Below, piece by piece: positions 63,849-64,000 of a stretch of DNA of 64,000 bases (position 1 is its first letter; the number at the start of each line of letters is the position of its first letter). The notes below the pieces were generated by a model. The model was given only the letters and a program-made list of their open reading frames with translations. It was not told the DNA's origin and searched no databases. The translations under genes were made by a program, and so were the position numbers. This DNA is from an uncultured virus (IMG/VR IMGVR_UViG_3300037560_000199) (Duplodnaviria > Heunggongvirae > Uroviricota > Caudoviricetes), in the IMG/VR virus record IMGVR_UViG_3300037560_000199. One strand, written 5' to 3'.

Positions 63849-64000
63849 GCTTTGTGCTTCGCCTTCACCTTGCGTTTGGCTTTGGCTTTCTTCTTGGCGG
63901 GAGCTTTGCGCTTCGGAGGATTGGGATCGAAGTCGCGGAGCTGCTTGCGCACTTCGTTCATGAACTCAGTGAGAGCTTCTCGATCACGTTCGTTGGTGAG
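63845..64000 (-). CDS. C-terminus of basic protein; runs in from window edge
   Basis: Open frame with K/A-rich tail ending in ATGA overlap with HAD gene. Confidence 0.5.
   Translation of the reverse strand, partial: LTNERDREALTEFMNEVRKQLRDFDPNPPKRKAPAKKKAKAKRKVKAKHKA

Noticed and set aside
1..64000. Temperate lifestyle inferred from operators
   Set aside because: No integrase, partition genes or recognisable repressor in the window; the operators could serve temporal control in a lytic cycle

Overview
This window is most of a tailed dsDNA phage genome, probably podovirus-like, with no tRNA, CRISPR array, integrase or clear repressor visible. The left end holds replication genes: a PD-(D/E)XK nuclease fragment, a UDG-fused family A DNA polymerase and a primase-polymerase/helicase. 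A dense early accessory region follows (about 6.3-19.3 kb), then a middle block of small ORFs (19.4-28 kb). A long late operon carries TerL, portal, GroES, scaffold, capsid, tail fibres, lysis genes, adaptor/nozzle, ejection proteins and a displaced TerS. A minus-strand HAD gene at the right end suggests the replication operon wraps around. The most striking signal is non-coding. The early region is built from a repeated promoter cassette: a CRP-type box (TGTGA-N6-TCACA) centred at -41.5, a 16-bp palindromic operator (13 copies), an extended -10, a shared leader, and a near-uniform RBS (GGAGCGAAACAG-ATG). Four separate non-coding elements carry the antisense of that RBS/leader, including a candidate stand-alone sRNA at about 25 kb. 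Together these suggest a layered host-signal, repressor and antisense-RNA regulon. Other highlights are a Tat-signal peptide carrying a copy of the capsid spine helix, an SSB C-terminal mimic, a GG motif shared by five late proteins, and an iteron/microsatellite origin candidate. All product calls come from motif recognition by eye; no database searches were run.
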